In this document: in pieces, positions 1 through 9,002 of the stretch
Numbering within the stretch: the stretch's first letter is position 1
Layout: each line of letters opens with the position of its first letter
Origin: a virus
Lineage: Duplodnaviria > Heunggongvirae > Uroviricota > Caudoviricetes
Reading direction: 5' to 3' (one strand)
Length of the DNA: 36,312 nucleotides
IMG/VR virus record: IMGVR_UViG_2534681604_000004
The notes under the pieces: generated by a model
Told to the model about the DNA's origin: nothing
The model's database searches: none
What the model saw: the letters and a program-made list of their open reading frames with translations, nothing else
Position numbers and translations under genes: made by a program

Positions 1-424
1 GCCGGGCAGTGACGTCATCGTCTGCGCGGAAATGGACGAACAGTGGGGATACGTCGGGGCTAAATCGCGCCAGCGCTGGCTGTTTTACGCGTATGACAGG
101 CTCCGGAAGACGGTTGTTGCGCACGTATTCGGTGAACGCACTATGGCGACGCTGGGGCGTCTTATGAGCCTGCTGTCACCCTTTGACGTGGTGATATGAA
201 TGACGGATGGCTGGCCGCTGTATGAATCCCGCCTGAAGGGAAAGCTGCACGTAATCAGCAAGCGATATACGCAGCGAATTGAGCGGCATAACCTGAATCT
301 GAGGCAGCACCTGGCACGGCTGGGACGGAAGTCGCTGTCGTTCTCAAAATCGGTGGAGCTGCATGACAAAGTCATCGGGCATTATCTGAACATAAAACAC
401 TATCAATAAGTTGGAGTCATTACC
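1..424 (+). mobile_element. IS1-family insertion sequence, partial copy (3' portion; terminal inverted repeat ends at 424)
   Basis: Sequence matches recalled IS1 3' half; encodes InsB C-terminal region and ends with GTTGGAGTCATTACC, the reverse complement of the IS1 terminal repeat GGTAATGACTCCAAC. Confidence 0.92.
200..409 (+). CDS. insB: IS1 InsB transposase C-terminal fragment ([36 protein letters not shown]...IKHYQ)
   Basis: Track ORF; recognisable InsB C-terminus; an in-frame TGA at 197-199 precedes the Met where the recalled reference has TGG (Trp). Confidence 0.8.
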   Translation: MTDGWPLYESRLKGKLHVISKRYTQRIERHNLNLRQHLARLGRKSLSFSKSVELHDKVIGHYLNIKHYQ

Positions 425-631
425 CAGGCATGTGTACGATATGCCCAACCCTGTTTTTCAGGGGAGGCGCAACGTTATGCGGGGTTATGAACTCCTGGAT
501 GCGTAGCCTCCAGACAGAAAAAACCCTCGCCACAACGTTGCATGGAGGCAACCAGCGAGGGCATTCCTTATGTCTGAACAACAAGAGGATAGCCGCAAGC
601 AGTTGCTGTTGCAAGTGTGCGGAGCTTCGTA

Positions 632-748
632 ATGACTCTTCAAAAAGCTTGCAAGTGGGTTGTGACCAACATCATTGTTCCTGTCATCATCGGAGCTTCA
701 AGTTCTGTGTTGGCATCAGTGATTGCCTCACTTCTCCACATTGCATAA
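632..748 (+). CDS. candidate small hydrophobic peptide (38 aa, single predicted TM helix), TAATG-coupled to a 20-aa upstream ORF at 570-632
   Basis: Own translation: MTLQKACKWVVTNIIVPVIIGASSSVLASVIASLLHIA; upstream mini-ORF has GAGGG 8 nt before its ATG; a hairpin plus T-run follows at 803-836. Confidence 0.25.
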   Translation: MTLQKACKWVVTNIIVPVIIGASSSVLASVIASLLHIA

Positions 749-802
749 CAACATTGAAGGGCGTTAGTTCGCAGTGTAACAGCAGCGCGTTGCGCCCGAA
801 CA

Positions 803-836
803 GGCCACAGGGTAAAACCTGTGGCCTTTTTCGTTT
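803..836 (+). terminator. rho-independent terminator-like hairpin (GGCCACAGG / CCTGTGGCC, then TTTTCGTTTT)
   Basis: 9-bp perfect stem, 6-nt loop, T-rich tail read directly. Confidence 0.55.
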
Positions 837-880
837 TAGCCAGCCACAAATCCACATTGAAAAACGCCTTATACAAAAAA

Positions 881-906
881 ACCTGCCAGCTAACTGGCAG
901 GTTTCT
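881..906. terminator. hairpin ACCTGCCAG / CTGGCAGGT flanked by an A-run (5') and TTCT (3'); possible bidirectional terminator
   Basis: 9-bp perfect stem with 4-nt loop; A7 run upstream gives a T-run on the minus strand. Confidence 0.4.
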
Positions 907-946
907 GAGCAGATCGACCAACCCGATCTGGATCGGACTGGAAAAA

Positions 947-963
947 TTTGCTCTAATAAATTT
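947..963 (+). promoter_or_regulatory. C1-repressor operator-like site upstream of kilA (TTTGCTCTAATAAATTT)
   Basis: 16/17 match to recalled P1 C1 operator consensus ATTGCTCTAATAAATTT; sits about 70 bp upstream of the kilA start. Confidence 0.6.
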
Positions 964-1032
964 CGTTTTCTAAGTGCAAAGAATCACCATTTCGAGCTGG
1001 TGATTGAAGGTTGATGCAAATTTGGAGAAAAA

Positions 1033-1833
1033 ATGCAACAAACATTCTATGCGGATATGAATATATCAAACCTTCATCAAAATGTCGATCCTTCAACCAC
1101 TCTGCCTGTTATTTGTGGTGTTGAAATTACGACCGACCGCGCTGGCCGTTACAACCTTAATGCTCTACACAGAGCGAGCGGACTCGGTGCCCATAAAGCG
1201 CCAGCTCAATGGCTAAGAACGCTGTCAGCCAAACAGCTCATCGAAGAGCTTGAAAAAGAAACTATGCAGAATTGCATAGTTTCGTTCGAAGGCCGTGGCG
1301 GCGGCACTTTTGCCCATGAATTGCTCGCTGTGGAGTACGCAGGCTGGATTTCTCCCGCGTTTCGGCTGAAGGTAAACCAGACATTTATCGACTATCGAGC
1401 CGGAAGATTACAACCTGCTATTCCGCAGAGTCTCCCTGAAGCTCTCCGTTTGGCTGCCGACCTGGCAGAGCAAAAGCAACGGCTGGAGCAAAAAATGCTG
1501 ATGGATGCACCTAAAGTCGAATTCGCCGAACGCGTTGCTACCGCCAGCGGGGTTCTAATCGGCAACTATGCCAAAGTGCTCGGCCTGGGCCAAAACTATC
1601 TCTTCACCTGGTTGCGTGATAACGGAATTCTGATCACAACCGGTGAACGCAGGAACGTCCCCAAACAAGAATACATATCTCGTGGGTATTTCACCCTTAA
1701 AGAAACCGTGATCGATACAAGCAACGGAAGCAGGATTTCTTTCACGACTCGTATAACCGGCAAAGGTCAGCAGTGGCTAATGAAGCGATTGCTTGATGCT
1801 GGTGTGCTGGTACCTGTCGCGGCTACGCGCTAA
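1033..1833 (+). CDS. kilA: KilA-like phage protein (KilA-N / antirepressor-type domain), 266 aa
   Basis: Track ORF with GGAGA RBS; position and length fit recalled P1 kilA ahead of repL; domain call is by recall, not search. Confidence 0.65.
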   Translation: MQQTFYADMNISNLHQNVDPSTTLPVICGVEITTDRAGRYNLNALHRASGLGAHKAPAQWLRTLSAKQLIEELEKETMQNCIVSFEGRGGGTFAHELLAVEYAGWISPAFRLKVNQTFIDYRAGRLQPAIPQSLPEALRLAADLAEQKQRLEQKMLMDAPKVEFAERVATASGVLIGNYAKVLGLGQNYLFTWLRDNGILITTGERRNVPKQEYISRGYFTLKETVIDTSNGSRISFTTRITGKGQQWLMKRLLDAGVLVPVAATR

Positions 1834-1862
1834 CAGACGTAGTAAGAACCACCAGCATTGTA

Positions 1863-2708
1863 ATGCTGGCTAAAGTCACTTTCCTGAGCTGTATAACGAT
1901 GAGCGATTTTACTTTTTCTGGCTATGAATTGGCCTGCTTTGTAACACACTCCGGTCTATCCCGTAGCGCCGGGCATATCCTGTCGCAATGTGCAAATCTC
2001 GCGGCAACAACCAGTGAATACTTCATTCACAAGCCTCACCGCCTGATCGCGGCAGAAACTGGTTATAGCCAATCAACCGTCGTTCGTGCATTCCGTGAAG
2101 CTGTAAACAAAGGAATCCTGTCTGTAGAGATTGTTATCGGCGATCACCGTGAACGTCGCGCTAACCTGTACCGGTTTACACCATCCTTTTTGGCCTTCGC
2201 ACAACAAGCCAAAAATGCGCTGATTGACAGCAAATTAAAGATCTCTTCAGCCGCAACCAAGGTTAAAGCTGTTCTCGCTAAGACATTGGCTTTATTTAAT
2301 TTTTTATCCACACCCCCATGTCAAAATGATACCCCCTCCCCCTGTCAGGATGACGTGGCAATAAAGAATAAGAAGTCACAAATTAAAAAAACAAAAAGAT
2401 CAGTTTCCGGCGGTACCGGAACGACCAGGCTCAAAAATTTGACTTCCTGGATCGCTGAGGCAAAAGCAAAGGCTGACAATCTGCGGTTATCCAAAAAACG
2501 CGCTCAAAAACATGAGTTCAAGCAGAAAGTAGAGGCGGCTGCGCGGAAATATGCTTACCTGAAGAACAAGCGTTCGCCTGATATTGGCGGGATATCAAAC
2601 TTCGATAATCTACCGCATTGCATGACGGTAAACGAAGCTCTTAATGCGGTTTTAGCCAAAAATAAAGATAACGAACAATGGGGTATACCGGCAGGATTCA
2701 GAGGGTGA
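1863..2708 (+). CDS. repL: RepL-like lytic replication protein, 281 aa
   Basis: Track ORF immediately downstream of kilA in the same orientation; length fits recalled P1 RepL. Confidence 0.65.
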   Translation: MLAKVTFLSCITMSDFTFSGYELACFVTHSGLSRSAGHILSQCANLAATTSEYFIHKPHRLIAAETGYSQSTVVRAFREAVNKGILSVEIVIGDHRERRANLYRFTPSFLAFAQQAKNALIDSKLKISSAATKVKAVLAKTLALFNFLSTPPCQNDTPSPCQDDVAIKNKKSQIKKTKRSVSGGTGTTRLKNLTSWIAEAKAKADNLRLSKKRAQKHEFKQKVEAAARKYAYLKNKRSPDIGGISNFDNLPHCMTVNEALNAVLAKNKDNEQWGIPAGFRG

Positions 2709-2758
2709 TAGATTGCTCTAATCTGGAGTCACCTGGCGTTTTCAGTTTGAGGTCGGAG

Positions 2759-3004
2759 ATGCAATCTGATTTTTTACAGTTAGCGATCGCTTTTGCAGGA
2801 TATGTTTGTATTGGCTTCTGTGTATACATGATCAGCCGAAAAATGCTTGTCGATATCGACCGCAAAGAACGAGCAGAGGAGATCTTAGTATGGATTTTCT
2901 TTTGCGCGGTCTGGCCATTAGGGATCATGTTTGCTGCAACATTTCTTCTGATGTGGATATTCACCCTTCCAGGTGATTTATATAGAAAAAAAGCCAGACA
3001 TTGA
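2759..3004 (+). CDS. small membrane protein (2 predicted TM helices), function unknown
   Basis: Internal ATG at 2759 preceded by GGAG; hydrophobic stretches AIAFAGYVCIGFCVYMI and IFFCAVWPLGIMFAATFLLMWIF. Confidence 0.4.
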   Translation: MQSDFLQLAIAFAGYVCIGFCVYMISRKMLVDIDRKERAEEILVWIFFCAVWPLGIMFAATFLLMWIFTLPGDLYRKKARH

Positions 3005-3127
3005 TACAATCGCTGCGGGTGCTTGAGGCTATCTGCTTCAGGCATTACCCGACAAGCAGATAGAAGAAAGCCCCAGATAACATTACGCGTCCTGCAAGAC
3101 GCTTAACATTAATCTGAGGCCATATCT

Positions 3128-3334
3128 ATGCTTAGCATACGTAGATTAGCCTCTTACCGACCAAAAGGTCAAGGAGAAGCAGGCTATGAAGCAGCAAAAA
3201 GCGATGTTAATCGCTCTGATCGTCATCTGTTTAACCGTCATTGTGACGGCATTGGTAACGAGGAAAGACCTCTGCGAGGTACGAATCCGAACCGGCCAGA
3301 CGGAGGTCACTGTCTTCACAGCCTACGAATCTGA
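3128..3334 (+). CDS. mok: mok-like overlapping reading frame of a hok/sok-type locus
   Basis: Track ORF that starts upstream of and overlaps the hok frame, as mok does in hok/sok. Confidence 0.45.
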   Translation: MLSIRRLASYRPKGQGEAGYEAAKSDVNRSDRHLFNRHCDGIGNEERPLRGTNPNRPDGGHCLHSLRI

Positions 3335-3341
3335 AAGGTAA
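3186..3341 (+). CDS. hok: Hok/Gef-family type I toxin, 51 aa
   Basis: Own translation MKQQKAMLIALIVICLTVIVTALVTRKDLCEVRIRTGQTEVTVFTAYESER, close to recalled Gef/HokC; GC hairpin GGCGGGGAGAGATCCCCGCC in the 3' UTR (3349-3368) in the position of a fold-back element. Confidence 0.85.
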   Translation: MKQQKAMLIALIVICLTVIVTALVTRKDLCEVRIRTGQTEVTVFTAYESER

Positions 3342-3413
3342 GAGACCTGGCGGGGAGAGATCCCCGCCACTCTTCGTGTGTCAGGTATCCTCAATGCACC
3401 CTTTCCTCTCCAA

Positions 3414-3440
3414 ATAAAAAAGCTCCCGAAGGAGCTTTAA
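3414..3440 (-). terminator. rho-independent terminator (AAAGCTCC CGAA GGAGCTTT; T-run on the minus strand)
   Basis: Perfect stem-loop followed on the minus strand by TTTTTATTT, immediately downstream of the minus-strand gene ending at 3458. Confidence 0.7.
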
Positions 3441-3457
3441 AATACAAGGGATGACTC

Positions 3458-3967
3458 TTAATCCCACTCAATCCAGTTGTAGACGATACGAAGTGACGGG
3501 CGCACAGCAGCAGTCACATCTTCGGTACTAAAGTCGATTGCATCACTGTAGATTTTGCAGTCCAACATTTCAATTGTTGTAGCAGCTTTTGTCACAGCGT
3601 TAACCCCAGAAGATTTGGATTCAGGGGTCGCAGCCATCGTGATATCAACATAGTCCTTCGCCGCAATGCGATCTTTAATGAACTGAAGAATATCGCCTTC
3701 GATAGTCTCCACGCACTGGACCTGGATTTCCCCAGAGTTTCGAATTGGTCCGTGCTGGTTGAACTTCACACCATTCGGACCATAGTCCTCCACATCCTCG
3801 CGAGTCATTTCAGGGATTTGCGACGTGCGAACCAGTACGTTGATATCTTCATAGCCTGCAAAAGTGAGCTGGAATTCAGAAGATACCAGTCGTTCGCCTT
3901 TGGCCGCGTTGGCAGTATAGCGGCCCTTAATAAATTTACGGTTTCCCTTAGTGTTATTGTGCCCCAT
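3458..3967 (-). CDS. phage virion protein, possibly tail-tube-like, 169 aa
   Basis: Track ORF in a tightly packed minus-strand structural operon; functional call is weak inference. Confidence 0.45.
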   Translation of the reverse strand: MGHNNTKGNRKFIKGRYTANAAKGERLVSSEFQLTFAGYEDINVLVRTSQIPEMTREDVEDYGPNGVKFNQHGPIRNSGEIQVQCVETIEGDILQFIKDRIAAKDYVDITMAATPESKSSGVNAVTKAATTIEMLDCKIYSDAIDFSTEDVTAAVRPSLRIVYNWIEWD

Positions 3968-3978
3968 ATAAAATCCTT

Positions 3979-4560
3979 TTACTGGAACGCCCGAACAATA
4001 TCGGAGCTGTTATATATCGAAGAACCGGTCAACTGGAGGTTGACGGTGTTTTTCAGGAAATGCCCATTGCTGTCCCTGGGCGCATCGAGATCGAAACTTA
4101 TGTCCTGGATAGCGACATCAATGATGTTGATCCGGCGACCAATGTTTAGCGTCACACGCTCCGGGATTCGACCACCAATACTGGCATCTTTAAGTTCCGG
4201 GCTAATCATCGCTGACAATGCGGCGATAGCTCCTGAAACCTCCGTGAATGGGTCAAACAAAGCGATGAAAGTTACTGGCAGCGTGAAAGTCGGCGGTGTT
4301 CCCCCTTCCCAAACCATTAAGCTGTTCCAACGAGCAACAGACGTTGTTTCAGTACCAACCTGCGCAAAACCACTGAAGGCACCAGCAACAGAACCCATGG
4401 ACATACCAGTAAAAGGTGCTTCCCAATTCTGGGCCATGTTCATTGCCGCTCCCTGGCTGATATATCCGGTAACCTGGTACTGAGAGTTCGTTAAAGTAAC
4501 TTTCAGATATGGCGATACACCGTCAGCCTGACTGTAAACTCCATAAGCTATAGGAGCCAT
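3979..4560 (-). CDS. phage structural protein, hypothetical, 193 aa
   Basis: Track ORF; 11-nt gap to the next gene in the same operon. Confidence 0.45.
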   Translation of the reverse strand: MAPIAYGVYSQADGVSPYLKVTLTNSQYQVTGYISQGAAMNMAQNWEAPFTGMSMGSVAGAFSGFAQVGTETTSVARWNSLMVWEGGTPPTFTLPVTFIALFDPFTEVSGAIAALSAMISPELKDASIGGRIPERVTLNIGRRINIIDVAIQDISFDLDAPRDSNGHFLKNTVNLQLTGSSIYNSSDIVRAFQ

Positions 4561-4595
4561 TCAAGTTAAAGGCCGGAGTTCTCCGGCCTCCTCCC

Positions 4596-5411
4596 TTAGC
4601 CAAGGCGCTTACGGCGCAGTTTCATTGACTTTTTGCGGGCAAGTTTTGCCGCGCCAGTCTGGGCTTTACGACGCGCTTTTTTCAGCGCCGATTTTTGAGC
4701 CGCAGTCAGACGTTTTTTACGCAGACGTTTACGGATGAGCTTGATCTCACCGTTACGAACAACCTTCTTAAATGCTTCAGTCAGCATTTCATCAGAAGTG
4801 CCAGCAACAACAAACGCTGCTTCCAGTTCGTCGCGGTCGTCGCTATCCAAACCAGCGATAGCGGAACCAACATCAGCAGCTGCGTCGTCGTCTTCATCGT
4901 CGGCCAATGCTTCGATCAGGTCATCATCTACACCGCATGCTGCGAGGAAGTCAGCAACATTTGCCCATGCTTCGTTATAGGCATCGTCCTGTTCTTCTGT
5001 AACTTCGGTATCGTCGTCGTCAGAGATACCAGCGATAGCCTGAACGAAACCATCAAGGGAGTCGAAAGTCAGATCACCGCTATCAGCCCAGGCGAAAACG
5101 GCGTCGGCCGTATCACTCAACGCATTCTGCATAGCACTTCGATTTGCAGCTTCCAGAATCATCTGGTGCGCCTGTTCGACGGTCCATTCTTTACCGTCTT
5201 TCCCTTCCAGAATTTGCTCAGGAGCCGGGGCAGATGGAACGTTATCGTTAGTCTGTGCCGCCGGTTCCGGATTATTATTAATAACCGGATCTGTTGGCGG
5301 TTCGGCGCTTGCTCGGGCAGACTCCATCAGCTGCACAGGATCAGAGTTCAAAGCGAAACGGGACAGTCCATTCCCCAAAAATGCCCCGGATTGAAAAAAG
5401 TTTTTGCTCAT
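4596..5411 (-). CDS. acidic protein with strongly basic C-terminal tail (scaffold-like or internal virion protein candidate), 271 aa
   Basis: Track ORF; D/E-rich body and C-terminus KLIRKRLRKKRL...KLRRKRLG. Confidence 0.5.
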   Translation of the reverse strand: MSKNFFQSGAFLGNGLSRFALNSDPVQLMESARASAEPPTDPVINNNPEPAAQTNDNVPSAPAPEQILEGKDGKEWTVEQAHQMILEAANRSAMQNALSDTADAVFAWADSGDLTFDSLDGFVQAIAGISDDDDTEVTEEQDDAYNEAWANVADFLAACGVDDDLIEALADDEDDDAAADVGSAIAGLDSDDRDELEAAFVVAGTSDEMLTEAFKKVVRNGEIKLIRKRLRKKRLTAAQKSALKKARRKAQTGAAKLARKKSMKLRRKRLG

Positions 5412-5420
5412 TGTATTCCC

Positions 5421-7010
5421 TTACTTAATAAGCAGCGGTACGCCCTGGATACGACGGGCTACGCCAGTCGGGCAGCAGGCCCAGACTACTTCCCATTTAT
5501 CGAATTCCGCCTGCGTAACTTTCAGCACATACGGTTCTGTACCGTCAGCATCAGGATCACGAGGAGCCACCAGAGCGCCGGAGGCGACAAAGCGATCTAA
5601 AAGTTTGGTCATCCCTTTAGTCAGGCCAGCCGCAGTAATACCGTCCGGGCTATGCTTCATCTGTCGGGCTAACTGGACAAAGAAACGGCTGATTGCATTC
5701 ATCAGGGATGGGACGTGCTGGAAGTGCAGATAGTTATCCTGCGTGCAGCAAGTTAAAGCATCGTCGATGATCATCTGGCCAGAGGTACCAACAGATACTT
5801 TATTGAGACGGCCCTTGACCATTGCCTCTTCGTCCGGGGTATCTTCCGGATACAGCGGTTGAATTGACGCACGAGCAATGACGGCACGTTCTTCACCAGC
5901 CGGTGAGTAATGCCAACCGCCGACATCAGAGTTTTTCTTGACGCCACGAGCTTTCGCCGCATACGCCGCGCCAGACAGACCGAAGACCACACGGGATTGG
6001 GTCCATTTGTCTTTGCAGGAGAACGGGAAGTGATAGACAGCACAGCTTACATAATCGGTACCAAGTAAACCGGTATCTTCAACAGCAGAGAGCGCTTCCG
6101 TGTACGTCAATGTCGGTTTGACATCAAAGAAGCCATCAATCAGGCGATCTGCACAGATTTTACCTAATGCGGTGATAGCCGCATTGTCATAGCAGCCCAG
6201 GCCAAGAACAGCGGTGTACATGTACGGCGCATTGTTCAGCACTTTCACCGCACGCAGGTACGCAGCGGTTGAGATTTTCGACTGATCACCGTTGGTACCA
6301 CCAGTGAACGCCAACGATTTTTTGTTTGTTACTTTCGCTGTAGAAATCAGATCTTCATTAACAACCGCGCGCAGATATTTAGAACGGGCTTCCAGAGCCG
6401 TAGGCAGATAACACAAGCGGCCCATGTCATCTTTCGCTTCTTCCGCCAAAGACACAGTGTGTGTCTCCAGGGTCGTTACCACACCGAGCGAAGTCGTCTG
6501 GGTCAGTTTTAAGAGGAAGCGTTCATTACCCGCGCTGTCCGCTGTTGCCGTTTCGATGGTTAACTCACGGGTAGGTGAAATACACGGATCACCATCATCA
6601 ACGTAGATAGCAAAGGCTTCGCCGCTATCAAGTTCAATTTCAGAACCGTATGGCAACGCACTGTAAGCCGGTTCGCCTGATTCATCGAACATAATAATCG
6701 GGAACTTCGCATCATCCGGAACAGCACGAACAACATAACCAGCGGTTTGCTGAATTGCTTCGTACACATGACGAATTGGTTCGAACTGTGAGCCGGAAGA
6801 CGGCTTCAGCGGTTCGCCGAGAACATCTTCGTAATTGGACTCAGTAACCGCAAGAACAGTAAACGGCTTGCCACGCGCAAATACGCCAATACCAGCCCAC
6901 AAGCTGCTATTTAATGCAACACCGGTAGATAACGTCGCATCGGCATTGATCGGGCTAACCGCGACGCCGGATGCATTACCTAATGACTGTTGAATTGAAT
7001 ATTGAGACAT
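5421..7010 (-). CDS. tail sheath-like protein, 529 aa
   Basis: Track ORF; size and position (between head-like gene and smaller tail genes) fit recalled P1 gene 22. Confidence 0.6.
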   Translation of the reverse strand: MSQYSIQQSLGNASGVAVSPINADATLSTGVALNSSLWAGIGVFARGKPFTVLAVTESNYEDVLGEPLKPSSGSQFEPIRHVYEAIQQTAGYVVRAVPDDAKFPIIMFDESGEPAYSALPYGSEIELDSGEAFAIYVDDGDPCISPTRELTIETATADSAGNERFLLKLTQTTSLGVVTTLETHTVSLAEEAKDDMGRLCYLPTALEARSKYLRAVVNEDLISTAKVTNKKSLAFTGGTNGDQSKISTAAYLRAVKVLNNAPYMYTAVLGLGCYDNAAITALGKICADRLIDGFFDVKPTLTYTEALSAVEDTGLLGTDYVSCAVYHFPFSCKDKWTQSRVVFGLSGAAYAAKARGVKKNSDVGGWHYSPAGEERAVIARASIQPLYPEDTPDEEAMVKGRLNKVSVGTSGQMIIDDALTCCTQDNYLHFQHVPSLMNAISRFFVQLARQMKHSPDGITAAGLTKGMTKLLDRFVASGALVAPRDPDADGTEPYVLKVTQAEFDKWEVVWACCPTGVARRIQGVPLLIK

Positions 7011-7070
7011 AACTTTCCCTGTTATGCGCCCCGCACGGGGGCGCTATGTTAAACGGAGAACTTCCCCTGA

Positions 7071-8798
7071 TTACTCAGAGTCACCGGCATCAATCGTGTC
7101 GCCGCTTATGAAGTTAAGCCCGCCTTTTTTGGCCATTGTCAGCGTTACACGAGTGAAGTAATCAGCGCCGTTGCGTGGGTGCATATCGTTGATAGCCGAA
7201 CCCCACAGCGTGGTACGGTTGACCAGCGCCGGAGTGGTCGGATGCTGGAACGGGATGGCCGGGACAGCATCACCAGTCACGAAGCCTGCTTTACCCGGAT
7301 TTTCATCACGGACGTAGCACAGCACATCCATCGAGCTGAACTGAATGTTCTCTGTCGTTAAGTTCTTACAAATACCAGCAGGTACTTCGTACACTTTCAC
7401 GTTACCGAACAGGGTACCGATGTAGTGAACATACGGAGTCTGGATATAGTCTTCGGCTGGCTGGAAGAAATCCTTCGGCAACTGTTTGAAGAAAGATGCT
7501 GCATCAGCACCAGCAAACATCCCCATCGCACCAGAAGATTTAACGCGCTCAATAATGTCGCGATATACAGTCTGGAATTTGCCACGAATGATGGTTGCCC
7601 ATACATCAAAGGACTGGTTAACCGGCAGAGCGATGTCAAAGGTGTCGGTCGCAAGAGTACGCCAGATCATAATGCGAAGACGCAGCATATCCTGTTCATG
7701 AGACAGGTATTCCTTCAGGGTGCGGAACTGTAGGGAACCCAGGTCCAGACCAAACTCACGCTGTGCTTCATACGCCGCCTGTACCGTGTGCTCAGCCGCG
7801 ATAACGAACTGGCTTGGGAACAGGGTGTATTTCTTCATTTCGTGGTTGATCAGCGGGATCAGCTCAGGAGCGGCTTCAATATTGATTTCCGTCTCAATTG
7901 CGATCTCAGTGCCTTTATCCGGCGCTTTGGAGAACGACAGGGCAATCTGACCAATGTTGTAGTTCAGAGAGCAGGTAACAGTGATTTGCTCACCAGCAGC
8001 ATTAGTAAACGAGTGAAGTAGGCTGCCGGAACCGTTATCAACAACAGACTTAATACGGTTAACGTAGATGTTAGTGCGACCTTTTCGGATTGGTACATTC
8101 TGGCCTTCGAAGTCTTCCATCTTGAAGGTTGCGGTTTTGCTGGTGCCATCGGAGCTTGCCACCAGCACATAGCGGCGGCGTAACTGGCTGTACACACCGA
8201 CGGATTGCATGTCCAGAACATCACCAGCAGCATAAGAACCAAAAGAGGAACCTGCCACGTTAAAGACTTCATAGATGTCGGACTGGTCACGCGTAACCGG
8301 AATGAAGGTACACGCATCAGCGGTAGCTGCCCCCAACTGAACAGGCAGGATCATCGCGAGGAATAAAGGCAGACGCATAACACCGTCAGAAACGCTCATC
8401 ATCTCTGCTGCGACGGATTCCAGCATCGCTTTATTAGTGGCATCCATGCTATTGCGGGTGGACTCAATCAGGCAGTTTTCCAGCGTCTGGTGGCAGGAGG
8501 CCAGAATTTCCGGACGCGGCATAGATTTATGTGCTGCGGCGTAGTCAGCCAGTGCACTTGCCCACGCGGTAGCAATTTGAGCGGTGGCATTATCAGAGAT
8601 ACCCGCAAAAATTGGGTCTTTACGTGCAGCTTCAAGGATAGATGCGGCACGCGCGGCATCATCTTTGATGAATTGGTTATCAGTACCGAACTGTGCTGTA
8701 CTTGCCCAGCCAAGAACGGCTTTAGAGCGTTTTGCGATATCTGCAATACGATTCTGGTATTCGCGTAAGCTACTCAATTTACTCTTCCTTAAACACAA
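7071..8798 (-). CDS. major head protein-like, 575 aa
   Basis: Track ORF adjacent to parS as recalled for P1 gene 23; assignment by synteny and size only. Confidence 0.55.
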   Translation of the reverse strand: MCLRKSKLSSLREYQNRIADIAKRSKAVLGWASTAQFGTDNQFIKDDAARAASILEAARKDPIFAGISDNATAQIATAWASALADYAAAHKSMPRPEILASCHQTLENCLIESTRNSMDATNKAMLESVAAEMMSVSDGVMRLPLFLAMILPVQLGAATADACTFIPVTRDQSDIYEVFNVAGSSFGSYAAGDVLDMQSVGVYSQLRRRYVLVASSDGTSKTATFKMEDFEGQNVPIRKGRTNIYVNRIKSVVDNGSGSLLHSFTNAAGEQITVTCSLNYNIGQIALSFSKAPDKGTEIAIETEINIEAAPELIPLINHEMKKYTLFPSQFVIAAEHTVQAAYEAQREFGLDLGSLQFRTLKEYLSHEQDMLRLRIMIWRTLATDTFDIALPVNQSFDVWATIIRGKFQTVYRDIIERVKSSGAMGMFAGADAASFFKQLPKDFFQPAEDYIQTPYVHYIGTLFGNVKVYEVPAGICKNLTTENIQFSSMDVLCYVRDENPGKAGFVTGDAVPAIPFQHPTTPALVNRTTLWGSAINDMHPRNGADYFTRVTLTMAKKGGLNFISGDTIDAGDSE

Positions 8799-8925
8799 GG
8801 CACTTGTGTGAATCCCTTTTCGGAAGAGATTTTATTGAAAGTCACTTGTTGACTTTCTCGTGACAAGCAATTTTTTTATTTTTTTCGGGAGGAGGGGAGG
8901 AGGGTAAAATCCAAGGTGAAATCGT

Positions 8926-8998
8926 GGCGATTTCACCTTGAAATTTTAGAGCAATTTACTTTAAAAACAGTCTGTTAATAGTGAAATTTGAATGGCGA
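8926..8998 (-). other. parS: parS centromere-like partition site
   Basis: GTGAAATCGTGGCGATTTCAC box array, central AT-rich IHF-like region and distal TGAAAT/TGGCGA boxes, directly downstream of parB; matches recalled P1 parS. Confidence 0.85.
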
Positions 8999-9002
8999 AA
9001 GT

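Noticed and set aside
85-375. 96-aa minus-strand ORF inside IS1 (mirrored at 35918-36208)
   Set aside because: It is antisense to the insB frame within the IS1 copies; the Cys/Arg-rich translation is typical of a shadow ORF.
430-1014. 194-aa ORF on the plus strand between IS1 and kilA
   Set aside because: The translation is Cys/His-rich and low-complexity, and the frame runs through two hairpin terminators and the kilA operator. It is more likely non-coding or a frame-shifted remnant than a gene.
4695-5600. 301-aa plus-strand ORF
   Set aside because: It lies entirely antisense to the minus-strand acidic-protein and sheath genes and has low-complexity composition, so it is a shadow ORF.
8945-8961. 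C1-operator-like sequence inside parS (reverse complement ATTGCTCTAAAATTT)
   Set aside because: It lacks two consensus positions and coincides with the AT-rich IHF-binding core of parS, so it is probably a chance resemblance.
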